From Candidatus Hodarchaeota archaeon (GTDB lineage: Archaea; Asgardarchaeota; Heimdallarchaeia; Hodarchaeales; Hodarchaeaceae): a stretch of DNA of 64,000 nt. The stretch spans positions 1 through 64,000 of the forward strand of contig JAEOTM010000076.1 in assembly GCA_016839815.1 (NCBI GenBank), written 5' to 3'. How positions within the stretch are numbered: position 1 is the first letter of the stretch; every line of letters begins with the position of its first letter. The position numbers and the translations under genes were made by a program. The notes beneath the pieces were generated by a model. It ran no database searches. It was not told the DNA's origin and was given only the letters and a program-made list of their open reading frames with translations. This document shows positions 9,773 to 19,251 of this stretch, one piece after another.

Positions 9773-10534
9773 TTACTTTTGTTTTCGTGAAATAATTACT
9801 AGGTATAATATACCAACTACAAGTAAAAATCCCTGAAATCCAGGAGTACTCGCGGTCTGAGTTGAAGTAGTCAGTTCATCTTGAGAAATCGTAACTGAGA
9901 CTGTCATTGTAGTACTCTCTTGCGGAGTACTGATGGTCATACTTGAGGAGCCTCGAGTTCCACCATGATACTCACTAAAGCTATCAGATACACCATATGC
10001 CCAAATGATGTCGATTTCACCAGATAAAGGGATATCACTATCATATTGATCTCCAGTAGCGAGAAGACGAGTAAACTCAATCGTTGTACTAGTTGTATTC
10101 TCGAGACCAGCATATGAGAGGATATCATTGGTTCCTCCCAGATCAGTGTCCTCTGGGTGGTTTGAGCCTGTTGCAACAAGGGAATAAGCATCTTTAATAA
10201 CAACGGTACCATTTGATTCTACCCATGCATAAATAATATCTGCATCCTTCATCTGCACTGATGGATTAAAACCTATAGCTAACCACCCTGTAGTTTTTAC
10301 AGTTATACCAATTGATATGTTAGTATCATCTATTACTTCCCAATTAAGATTATAATTCCCACCTCCAAGTGATAATGAGGAAGTATATTCATCTGAAGAG
10401 ATAACTCCATCAACTTCCGGTACTCGCAGTATGGAATATGTAAATGTGTAAGTACTGACCATTTGGATACTAGCGACGAGAAGAATAAAGGAGAAAAATA
10501 TAAGAAGTATTTTTATTGATTTTTTTTGTAACAT
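9773..10534 (-). CDS. DOMON-domain surface protein with PGF-CTERM-type sorting signal
   Basis: Signal peptide; GWLAIGF...MKDADI, TTIEFTR.L.TGD.YD, IIWAYG...YHG; C-terminal T-rich linker TPGF + TM + RKQK. Confidence 0.85.
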   Translation of the reverse strand: MLQKKSIKILLIFFSFILLVASIQMVSTYTFTYSILRVPEVDGVISSDEYTSSLSLGGGNYNLNWEVIDDTNISIGITVKTTGWLAIGFNPSVQMKDADIIYAWVESNGTVVIKDAYSLVATGSNHPEDTDLGGTNDILSYAGLENTTSTTIEFTRLLATGDQYDSDIPLSGEIDIIWAYGVSDSFSEYHGGTRGSSSMTISTPQESTTMTVSVTISQDELTTSTQTASTPGFQGFLLVVGILYLVIISRKQK

Positions 10535-10775
10535 GACAATTACCTTGTGAACTTGTGCTGATAGATACGCATATGCTAGTTTTTTTTAGATAATTGCCAA
10601 TGATTCTCGAAGATTTCGATTATCGAAGAGAATTTAAGCACAGAAAGGACTAAAACTAAATCAAGACGAGAAGTCTATCTAATTATTTTCCATTTTCTAC
10701 AATTCTTATTTTCAATTCAAAACAGAAAGTTATTGAGCATTCTAAAATTCAAATTCGGAGATATCTACAATCGTA

Positions 10776-12248
10776 TTGACTCAACTATATGAAATTAATA
10801 CCAGAGTGTGGTTATACTCTCTGCAGAAAGAACTTAACAGAAAACTAACCCTATTAACTATTCCTGATGAACTTTGGATCGATATTATTGAAAAAGGATT
10901 TGAGTGGATTTGGTTGATGGGAGTATGGGAACATTCTCCCCTTTCTCAAGAAGAATTAGCTAAACTTCCAGGTTTAGCTACAGAGATAACGAAAGCTTTT
11001 CCCTCTTGGGCCCCTATCGATGTAATTGGTTCACCTTATTCAATCATAGATTATAAATTAAATTCGATGTTAGGCAAACCAGGAGATTTACAACGTCTCA
11101 AGCAAAAATTAAATGATTTTGGAGCTAGATTGATTCTAGATTTCGTTCCTAACCATTATGGAAATGCTTCTAAGTTGGTCTTGACAAACCCAGAATTTTT
11201 TATTTCAATCGAAGACACACCAAATGATCAATCATTGTTTAAACTGGTAAATACCAAAAAAGGAAAACGCTGGATAGCCTATGGGAAGGATCCTTACTTT
11301 TCTCCATGGACTGATACATTTCAGTTGAATTACTTTAGTGAAAAGACACGTGAATACATGATCACAAAATTACGCGATATCGCTCTCGTATGTGATGGTA
11401 TTCGATGTGATATGGCTATGTTATGTCTGAATGAAATTATTCAGAAAACTTGGGGGCTTTATCTTGACGGAAATAAAGCTGCTGAGCCAAATAGATCTGA
11501 ATTCTGGACTCAGGCAATTGAAACTATTAAAACCGATCATCCCAACTTTCAATTTCTCGCAGAAGTATATTGGAACCTTGGTGGACGATTACAACAAATG
11601 GGGTTTGATTATACTTATGATAAAGACCTGTATGATTTACTAGAATCAGGTTCTGCAGAAAAAATTCACTCCCATATCAATTCAAGCAATAAGACTCTAT
11701 CAAATACAATTAGTTTTATCGAGAATCATGATGAAAAACGAGCTATTGAAGTTTTTGGAAGAAAAAGATCAATTGCAGCAGCTATTGTTATGGGTACCCT
11801 TCCTGGGATGAGTTTATACCATCAAGGTCAGTTAGAGGGGATGAAGATAAAAATTCCTGTTCAGTTGAGACAGAAACAGTCAGAATATCCTGATAATGAA
11901 ATTAAATCTGTATATAATCGTATTCTTGGATTTACACGACAAATAATTTACAATCATGAAATATGGTCAATGTTATCTTCCTCAAATCCCCATGTCCTCG
12001 CTTGGCAATGGAGTACTCCTAATTCCGATAAGTACCGTCTCGTAGCAGTTAACTATTCATCCACTCCTGCTCAAGGACATATTTTTCTTCTCAAAGAATT
12101 CATTCAAAGCCATATTGAACAATTTATCTTTAATGATATCTTGAATCAGGAGAAATATAAGTGGGATAGTATACACTTATCTAAACACGGTCTTTATGTC
12201 GATCTTCCCCCGTTTGAGAGTCATCTCTTCACTGTAAATCCAATCTAG
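10776..12248 (+). CDS. Alpha-amylase family glycoside hydrolase (GH13)
   Basis: LDFVPNH, catalytic GIRCDMA (D), FLAEVY (E), IENHDE (D). Confidence 0.9.
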   Translation: MTQLYEINTRVWLYSLQKELNRKLTLLTIPDELWIDIIEKGFEWIWLMGVWEHSPLSQEELAKLPGLATEITKAFPSWAPIDVIGSPYSIIDYKLNSMLGKPGDLQRLKQKLNDFGARLILDFVPNHYGNASKLVLTNPEFFISIEDTPNDQSLFKLVNTKKGKRWIAYGKDPYFSPWTDTFQLNYFSEKTREYMITKLRDIALVCDGIRCDMAMLCLNEIIQKTWGLYLDGNKAAEPNRSEFWTQAIETIKTDHPNFQFLAEVYWNLGGRLQQMGFDYTYDKDLYDLLESGSAEKIHSHINSSNKTLSNTISFIENHDEKRAIEVFGRKRSIAAAIVMGTLPGMSLYHQGQLEGMKIKIPVQLRQKQSEYPDNEIKSVYNRILGFTRQIIYNHEIWSMLSSSNPHVLAWQWSTPNSDKYRLVAVNYSSTPAQGHIFLLKEFIQSHIEQFIFNDILNQEKYKWDSIHLSKHGLYVDLPPFESHLFTVNPI

Positions 12249-12301
12249 GAATTCTTTCTGAATATTACTTCCCACTAGGAATAAGAAATCTGTTCTTTAA
12301 C

Positions 12302-13135
12302 TTACAAATTACCAACTGGTGCGCTATGATATACTTCTCGAATGTGTTGAAGTCCTTCAATCAATAGTGGTTTTAAAGAATCTTTTGAATATAAAGTATC
12401 TTCATTGACTACTCCCATAAAATTGTCTATCATTATTCGAAATCGGGGGGCAAGTCCTTCAGTTTGTTCATAAACTTGTGTTCTTGCCTCTACTAATCTC
12501 ATTTTCAGATCTAAACCCGAGATTTCAAGTAAGTCGGTTGAGAGGTCAGAAATCAAGTTGTCTATAATTGTCAAAATATTAGCTTTATCTTGTTCTGATA
12601 AACAGACTATCTGTGATCGAATTTTTGATAGTTCTTGTTGAATAGTTCTTTCAGAGACACTTGAAGGTTCACTCTTTCGTATAGGGATTTCTAATTGAGA
12701 GTTTATTACCGATATATCCGATTTGATAACTAAAATTGCTTTCTCAATCGTATTCATTCCTTGAGTGAACTGGGAGTTAATGGTTTCCTGATAATTCGCA
12801 AAAGATTTGGAAATTTCTTTAAGTTGACTGGTTAACAAGACTATTGCATCGTGCATTTCACTTATTGAGTCCGATTGTCCGTTGGGAGAATCAGTATCGT
12901 CAGTAATTTGAGAAATCGAACCGAGTAAGTTTTCGATTTTTTCCAGCCCTGCTATCTGGGAGACCTCAAGAGATTTTAGATTTGCTTCTGTTGTTGAAAG
13001 ATCATCTAATTTTTCATTAACACTCCGCAACACACTTGTTGTGTTTCGGTTACTCATTCGGATCCATTCAATAAAATTATTTATTGTTTCTTCAAGAGAT
13101 TTTCCTGGATTTAGTTTGGGATCATATGGTTTCAT
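12302..13135 (-). CDS. Hypothetical helical/coiled-coil protein
   Basis: 277-aa ORF with heptad-like L/I periodicity; no motif recognised. Confidence 0.7.
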   Translation of the reverse strand: MKPYDPKLNPGKSLEETINNFIEWIRMSNRNTTSVLRSVNEKLDDLSTTEANLKSLEVSQIAGLEKIENLLGSISQITDDTDSPNGQSDSISEMHDAIVLLTSQLKEISKSFANYQETINSQFTQGMNTIEKAILVIKSDISVINSQLEIPIRKSEPSSVSERTIQQELSKIRSQIVCLSEQDKANILTIIDNLISDLSTDLLEISGLDLKMRLVEARTQVYEQTEGLAPRFRIMIDNFMGVVNEDTLYSKDSLKPLLIEGLQHIREVYHSAPVGNL

Positions 13136-13280
13136 CTTAATACCCAGAAAGAAGTTGTTATATCAAAGCTTTGGAAGGAATAAGGATTAAAAACTTTATT
13201 TCTGAATTTAGCTTTAGTTACCTGATTGGAGTAAACAATCATCTCTTATAATCATTTGTAAATCCTATTTATTGGTTGGT

Positions 13281-14102
13281 TCAATCAACCCATGAGAGAT
13301 GGAGGTTTAAGGCGATGAGAGCGACTATTGCTATTATTATCTGAATATGAATCCCTCTCGCAATTCTACGAGCATTTTTCATCAATGGTGCTTTTTTCCA
13401 CCAATTTATTCTTAGAATAAGTCCTGCTAACGATAAATAGACTCCATAAGCCATTGCTGTCCACGCAAAGAAAAAATTTGGTCCATTATGATCCTCAAAC
13501 AAGCTGATCATATGAAGAATCACGAAGATACATAACATAAGACATCCGATACAATGAATATTTAGTAAAACTCTCCGAATTGTAAAGTAAATGGATTTAC
13601 TCAGTTTTTTAGGATTATATATTCTAACTCCATCATTTTCTTCTTCAACCATTCCTTTATTTCGATAATAGCTATATTTCATGACAATTTTTTCTAATGT
13701 ATAAACTATTAGATCTTTCAAGTATATCCACAGTACGAATGGTAAGATTAAGATTAGTACAAAAGAATTTGCTGTTTCTCCAAATGATTTTCCTAAATCT
13801 TTCTCTGTCTCCAGTGAAAGATCAAGGTTTGATTTAAGTAAATCAGCAGTTAGAGCAAATAATAGAAGTAATGAGAGCGAAAAAAGAAGAGTTCTAGGAT
13901 ATTTCACCTGTTTCTTGATTGCACGATTTCCCGTCTTTTTAAGTAGTAGAATGAGTTCGCCACTCAACAGAGTTCCTTCCAGTATGGAATTAGAGCAATA
14001 CTTCCAGATCTGACCCGTATCCTTTAATAAAGTTACTTTTTTTAATGGTAGGGTATGTAGTCGTAAGGAACGATTATGAGGTAATAAGACTATGAAAATC
14101 AA
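13281..14102 (-). CDS. Membrane protein with four TM histidines (cytochrome b/ferric-reductase-like); real start probably near 13907-13967
   Basis: Paired His in two TM helices: NIHCIGCLMLCIFVILHM and GIHIQIIIAIVALIALNLHL. The 5' part of the ORF overlaps the hcp start and probably its promoter. Confidence 0.6.
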   Translation of the reverse strand: MIFIVLLPHNRSLRLHTLPLKKVTLLKDTGQIWKYCSNSILEGTLLSGELILLLKKTGNRAIKKQVKYPRTLLFSLSLLLLFALTADLLKSNLDLSLETEKDLGKSFGETANSFVLILILPFVLWIYLKDLIVYTLEKIVMKYSYYRNKGMVEEENDGVRIYNPKKLSKSIYFTIRRVLLNIHCIGCLMLCIFVILHMISLFEDHNGPNFFFAWTAMAYGVYLSLAGLILRINWWKKAPLMKNARRIARGIHIQIIIAIVALIALNLHLSWVD

Positions 14103-14703
14103 TCAGACCCAAAAAGTAATGATTACGATTGTTTTATCGATAGCTGTCTTTTCTAGCATTTTAATCACGATAATTAATCAGCAATCAGCCACTGCAAGTA
14201 TAGATGGATCTACTGATATATCCGCTGTAGCTACTTCGTTATATCTGAAGCTTACCGGCGAAACCCAAGGTGATATCAATGGTGGTGTCACTAGAGCTTC
14301 ATATGAAAATTGGATTGAAGTTCTGAGTTATTCACATACTATCAAGGCTCCCTACGATCCTGATACAGGTCTTCCTACTGGGAAACGTCAACACTCTCCG
14401 TTTCGAGTAACAAAATCAATAGATCAAGCCACCCCCTTATTGATGAGTGCACTTTCAAACAATGAATTACTTGTTAGTTTCGAATTTCGAATTTTAACCC
14501 CCTCAAATACAGGTCAAGAGGTTCATCTGATGACTATTGAGCTTCACAATGCGCGTATTGTTTCGTATCAAGGATCTGGATCAACTGCTTTTGATTCTAA
14601 TGTACTTACCGAGACATTCTCCTTTGTGTACACCAAAATAACTTGGACGTGGATGGATGGTGGTATTACTTCTGAAGATGACTGGAATCCTCCACCTGTA
14701 TAA
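14092..14703 (+). CDS. hcp: Hcp/TssD-family (type VI secretion tube) protein with N-terminal signal peptide
   Basis: YLKLTGETQGDI.G, WIEVLSYSH, TGLPTGKRQHSPFRVTKSIDQATPLL..AL..NE.L, TIEL.NARIV, E.FSF.Y.KITWT, DDW match the Hcp1 pattern along its length. Residues 1-35 are n/h/c signal-like, ending SATA. Confidence 0.9.
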   Translation: MKINQTQKVMITIVLSIAVFSSILITIINQQSATASIDGSTDISAVATSLYLKLTGETQGDINGGVTRASYENWIEVLSYSHTIKAPYDPDTGLPTGKRQHSPFRVTKSIDQATPLLMSALSNNELLVSFEFRILTPSNTGQEVHLMTIELHNARIVSYQGSGSTAFDSNVLTETFSFVYTKITWTWMDGGITSEDDWNPPPV

Positions 14704-14726
14704 AGCTACGAATGCATCAATTATAG

Positions 14727-15407
14727 TTGATTAGCATGCGACATAATAAATTCAGCCCTTGGCTAATTATTGCAATTTTTATTTCTCTTACTCCCGCAGC
14801 TGCAATTACCGAACCTGTGGAAGTATTAAATATCTACCATGAAGGGGCACTGATTTCTGTTCAACTTACAGATTATTCTTTAGCGGATCGAGATCGAGAA
14901 GATTGTTTTGTTCTTTTCATTGTGATTTCACCTACTGAAGATCCATTCGAAATTCATGCAGCCATTCTACTGTTTGAGACGGCTGGTGGAGGATCACACT
15001 ATTGTTTTTGGATCCTTGAAAATCCTTATTTCAGTGCCACATGGCATTCAGGATATGTAAATGAGCATTTCTTTGTAATGGACCTTCAATATGATTTTAT
15101 GTTTAGTGAGTATACCCATATCGCAAGCCCCTCTGTCTCAATCCTTGCTCTTGCGGGGATTATTCCAAGTTTCCCAGTAAGTTCTGAAACAAATGAGTTT
15201 TCTCCAATTTTGGATGAGTTTGCTGACATACTATTGACCTACAACGTTACTATCTCTCCTCCTGTTACTACTTCATCTACCACTACAACATCTACATCAA
15301 TCCCCTTATCTACAACAACTGACTCCATTAGCTCAGGAATAGGTGTACTTCTAGGACTTCTGACATTATTTTCTGTGGTAATCCTTAGAACCAAGAAAAA
15401 TCGATGA
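14727..15407 (+). CDS. Exported protein with S/T-rich linker and C-terminal membrane anchor
   Basis: Signal peptide ending PAAA; C-terminal PPVTTSSTTTTSTS...TM + RTKKNR; 23 nt downstream of hcp. Confidence 0.75.
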   Translation: MISMRHNKFSPWLIIAIFISLTPAAAITEPVEVLNIYHEGALISVQLTDYSLADRDREDCFVLFIVISPTEDPFEIHAAILLFETAGGGSHYCFWILENPYFSATWHSGYVNEHFFVMDLQYDFMFSEYTHIASPSVSILALAGIIPSFPVSSETNEFSPILDEFADILLTYNVTISPPVTTSSTTTTSTSIPLSTTTDSISSGIGVLLGLLTLFSVVILRTKKNR

Positions 15408-15512
15408 ATTATCCTCTTCCCTCCCTTTTTTAAGAATATTGAGAATTCCTAAATCAACATTACTCATGGGGAAAAAACCAGAGAGATCCTGAATCTCGTT
15501 ATTTACTGTTGT

Positions 15513-16580
15513 TCAATAAATTCGGGCTAATGCGAATAAGAAACCACCTAAAGCCAAAAACATGGTTCCTGCAATTAACAAATAAATACCTACTCCAATA
15601 TCTAGGGAAATGATCCCACCTACAATGAAAAAAGTTCCTAAGGCCAGCGAAAGAATTCCATTCCGAATATTTCTTCGTCGAACTACACTCGCTTGAGATC
15701 GTGTTTTCGCTACTGCATCTCTAACAATTGTATCTGATTCTTCCTGAGATAAATGATATGGTTTGGTTTCAGAAGAAGTGTAACTAGATGTACTTGCTGA
15801 TGATTTTGATATCTGTGGTTGCGTGATCGTTTGGGGAGTCTTAACTCGTTTCTTTTTGGAGGAATTAAAACGATATAAGCCAATTCCTATAACTGCAAGT
15901 ACTCCTACAATCGCCATTAATGGAAGTAATTGATCTATTAATGAAGGAGAATCAGAATCCTCCTCTACCTGAAGTTTCATTCCTGTCATGTCTACATCAG
16001 GTTTTCCTCCACTCACAAATAAGTAACAATCAATCTCAATATAAGTGGATTCCTGATCCTCATCTCCATTCAAAAAGATAAAGGCCCAAGGTGTTGAGTA
16101 ATCGATACCTAAAAAAGTCTGGAATTCTGACATACTTGACCCTTCAAACAGAATGTATGAAGTAATTGAATATGAATCTGAAAAAGCCCAAGAATCAAAG
16201 GAAGCATTTGTCATGGCTGACAACTCGATATCGACATCTGAATTACTTCCTGTGAAGAAGTAATCAAGTTCATAATCCTCATCCACATCATTATCAGTCC
16301 AAAATACGTAATATTCGTTATAATCAAGTGTACCTTCCCATGTTATACGTGTATATTCAGAGGAAGAAGTTTTAAAACTTTTAATTGGTTTACAATATTC
16401 AGTGTCAGTGGTATTTTGATGAAGGGATTTTTCTTGGAAAATTATTGGTAATGTGATAGTCAAAGCTAGAATGAATACTGTTACGATTACCAATGAGTTG
16501 GTACAAACTCTTCCCTTCCGTAAACAATTGAATTCCTTTATTCTCATCTGAATTTCCTCCCGAATCACCCCACTTGGCAT
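15513..16580 (-). CDS. Hypothetical membrane protein
   Basis: N-terminal TM, acidic/aromatic extracellular domain, TM + basic stop-transfer, S/T-rich linker, two C-terminal TMs. Confidence 0.7.
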   Translation of the reverse strand: MPSGVIREEIQMRIKEFNCLRKGRVCTNSLVIVTVFILALTITLPIIFQEKSLHQNTTDTEYCKPIKSFKTSSSEYTRITWEGTLDYNEYYVFWTDNDVDEDYELDYFFTGSNSDVDIELSAMTNASFDSWAFSDSYSITSYILFEGSSMSEFQTFLGIDYSTPWAFIFLNGDEDQESTYIEIDCYLFVSGGKPDVDMTGMKLQVEEDSDSPSLIDQLLPLMAIVGVLAVIGIGLYRFNSSKKKRVKTPQTITQPQISKSSASTSSYTSSETKPYHLSQEESDTIVRDAVAKTRSQASVVRRRNIRNGILSLALGTFFIVGGIISLDIGVGIYLLIAGTMFLALGGFLFALARIY

Positions 16581-16714
16581 CTTTAAAACTTTTTTGCTTG
16601 ACTGAATTTAGTTACAAACACTTCTATCATGAACTAAAATCTATGAACTTAAGAATCAGTCTTTTCATAGTATAAAGGAGGACTTTATATTTAATTCTTT
16701 TATGGAAATCAATC

Positions 16715-17239
16715 ATGACTCAGGAAAAATCTTCTCGGTGGTTATTGCCTAAACGGGCATTTGGTGATTGTTTTGGGTGTGCCCCACATAATACAAAAGG
16801 ATTGAAACTACGATTTTGGCTTACTGAAGAAGGGTGTGAGAGTTACCATGCTATACCCAAAGAATATTGTGGATTCACTGGATTAGTGCATGGAGGTATT
16901 ATTGCAACCATCTTAGATGAAGTAGCGGCTTGGACAATAATAACACAGTTTTTTCGTATAGGGATTACTGCTCAGGCTAAAGTTAAGTATCTTAAACCTG
17001 TCCCAACTGAAGAAGAGTTAATAATTAAAGGAAATATCCGAGAACAGACTGGAAAGCAGATTGTAGTTCTTTCTCAAATCACCACAAAAGACTCCACTGT
17101 ACTTGCAGAAGCAGAGAGTAAATGGTTACTGCCAGATAAAACGATGTTACAAAAGCTTACTGGATTAACAGCTGAAGAACTGAATTACATTATTGATGAA
17201 GTGGTTGAACCATTAAAGAAGATACGTTCTGAAAGCTAA
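16715..17239 (+). CDS. PaaI-family (hotdog) thioesterase
   Basis: CFGC...N..GLKL.F and G..HGGIIATILDE motifs, Y.KPVP. Confidence 0.9.
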   Translation: MTQEKSSRWLLPKRAFGDCFGCAPHNTKGLKLRFWLTEEGCESYHAIPKEYCGFTGLVHGGIIATILDEVAAWTIITQFFRIGITAQAKVKYLKPVPTEEELIIKGNIREQTGKQIVVLSQITTKDSTVLAEAESKWLLPDKTMLQKLTGLTAEELNYIIDEVVEPLKKIRSES

Positions 17240-17250
17240 CGTCTTACTTT

Positions 17251-18534
17251 TTGTTATTAAATTCGGTGATATCAAGAATGGAAGAGCAATCCACACCAGA
17301 TAGACCATTCACATCTGATTTCAGCTCAATGCTTAATCTAATTACATTAAATAGTTTAGGTATGTTTTTTTTCGGCTTTTTAATTCCTTTCGTTGTTAGT
17401 CAGCAAATTGATGCATCAGGTACAGAAATGGGTTTAGTCTTTTCGTCTAATGTAATTGGATATATGATATCATCGCCTATTGCTGGAATCTTAGTAGATT
17501 ATGGACTGAGTAAGAAGAAAATGGTATTAATTGGATCGTTTGGAAGGGCGATGTCATATATAATCTTATTCCTAGCAATCTTAACCGATTTTTTGGTTGG
17601 AATACTCGCTGGAATGTTCTTTCTTGGATTTATCGTCAGTTTATTCTGGATTCCTCTTAATACTATGATTGCTGAGAAATCATCGAAATTCCATAGAGCC
17701 AAAGCTTACGGTCTCAGGGATTCTAATATCGGGAAAGGCCAATTAATTGGTGCCTTCATTGGATTTGGCATTTGGGGATATGCTAACTCATTTACAAATC
17801 CTAATCCTCTTTTTGTTTATAGCCCACTTTTAATCTATTGCTTAGGAAATATGCTTGCAGGAATTTTATTTTTTTTTAATGTGGATGAGGACATCAAATT
17901 TATTTCTTCAGATGAACCTCAAGTAAAAATCGTGGAAAATAACCAAATAGCGAGGTATTACAGACTGAGTATCTTATTCTTTTTGTTTGTACTTCTATTA
18001 GGTTCTATAAATGGCTCGCTTGCTAAACCCTTTTTGTTAGTTTACTTATTAGAGAATCTTACGACTGATCCAAATATTGCAACGTATATTTACATTCCTG
18101 CAGGGGTCGCTTCAGTATATCTTGCCCCAAAGCTTGGGGACCTTGCTGATAAAATTAATCCCTATAGTGGTATTACTTTGGCTAGCTTATTAGGAGCAGT
18201 TACTACATTCTTTCTAATAAATACCTCAAGTCTATTAATTTTTACCCTCCTTTTAACCCTAGATACAATTATTGTATCAGCGGGAATTCTAATCATCCAG
18301 AATTTTTTAAGTCGTGTCTCAAAAAGCCATCGTGGAAGGTTGTTCGGATTACAGTCCACTTTTAATAATTTAGGAGGAATAATTGGCCCTCTTGTAGGTG
18401 GAATGTTATGGGATACATTCGGTCAAAAATCCCCATTCTATTTATCGATAGGTGTAGAATTGTTTCTTATCCCTTTTTTCATAATTGCGGTCTTTCTGAT
18501 CTATCCACACCTGGAAGAATCAATCGTGAGGTAA
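17251..18534 (+). CDS. MFS transporter
   Basis: About 12 TMs; G.L.D loop motifs, RGR.FG, LGGIIGPLVGG. Confidence 0.9.
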   Translation: MLLNSVISRMEEQSTPDRPFTSDFSSMLNLITLNSLGMFFFGFLIPFVVSQQIDASGTEMGLVFSSNVIGYMISSPIAGILVDYGLSKKKMVLIGSFGRAMSYIILFLAILTDFLVGILAGMFFLGFIVSLFWIPLNTMIAEKSSKFHRAKAYGLRDSNIGKGQLIGAFIGFGIWGYANSFTNPNPLFVYSPLLIYCLGNMLAGILFFFNVDEDIKFISSDEPQVKIVENNQIARYYRLSILFFLFVLLLGSINGSLAKPFLLVYLLENLTTDPNIATYIYIPAGVASVYLAPKLGDLADKINPYSGITLASLLGAVTTFFLINTSSLLIFTLLLTLDTIIVSAGILIIQNFLSRVSKSHRGRLFGLQSTFNNLGGIIGPLVGGMLWDTFGQKSPFYLSIGVELFLIPFFIIAVFLIYPHLEESIVR

Positions 18535-18664
18535 GGAATTTTCCTAGTTTCTCTCCCCAGAAATGAGTCTTAAGAATCAGTTTAACGAATTCAGTCTAGA
18601 TTAGCTCTTAAAGAAGAGTATCTACTGTGTGTATATGCAAATTACCTTACTGTGATGATTAATT

Positions 18665-19135
18665 ATGGCTAAAAAGAAACGGGGAAGAAAATCAACAACT
18701 GTCAAAAAAGCATCCGAGAAAAAAACATCCAAAATGGTGCCTTTGTCAAAGATATATGATTCAGCTTCGATGTATACAACCCATCCTATTAGGAATTACG
18801 AAATTTCAAAGAAATTCTATGAGGAAGTCTTAGAACTATCTGTAAATCTAGAAATCCCCATGGCAGGATGGTATGAGTTTTGCTTACCAGTAAAAGGAGC
18901 TTTCTTAGGGTTAAGTCAATATCGAGAAGAATCAGGAGATTTTAAACCTGCAAATTCGCTAAACATTTCAATTAATGATGTTGAGAAAGCAAAAGCATCA
19001 CTTGAATCAAAAGGAGTTACTACTTCTGATATTATTGACTACCCCGAAATGGTATCAATGATTTCGTTCGAAGATCCAGATAAAAACAATATTTTTTTGA
19101 TCGGTCCTCCTAGAGTAAAAAGTGAGTCAAAGTAA
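18665..19135 (+). CDS. VOC/glyoxalase-family protein with basic N-terminal extension
   Basis: SKKFYEEVL, ISINDVE.A...L..KGV, F.DPDKN. Confidence 0.8.
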   Translation: MAKKKRGRKSTTVKKASEKKTSKMVPLSKIYDSASMYTTHPIRNYEISKKFYEEVLELSVNLEIPMAGWYEFCLPVKGAFLGLSQYREESGDFKPANSLNISINDVEKAKASLESKGVTTSDIIDYPEMVSMISFEDPDKNNIFLIGPPRVKSESK

Positions 19136-19251
19136 GCATTCTTTATTCTTAAATTTCTTTTTACTTCTCAAAAACACGATTTATAACAATTTTCTTCAAG
19201 CTCTAACCTTATGAAAACTCCCAAAAGGTGTATCTATAGAGGTAATTCAGT

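Noticed and set aside
12302-16580. A complete T6SS, eCIS or prophage tail locus around hcp
   Set aside because: No neighbour resembles sheath, VgrG, PAAR, baseplate, terminase or capsid proteins.
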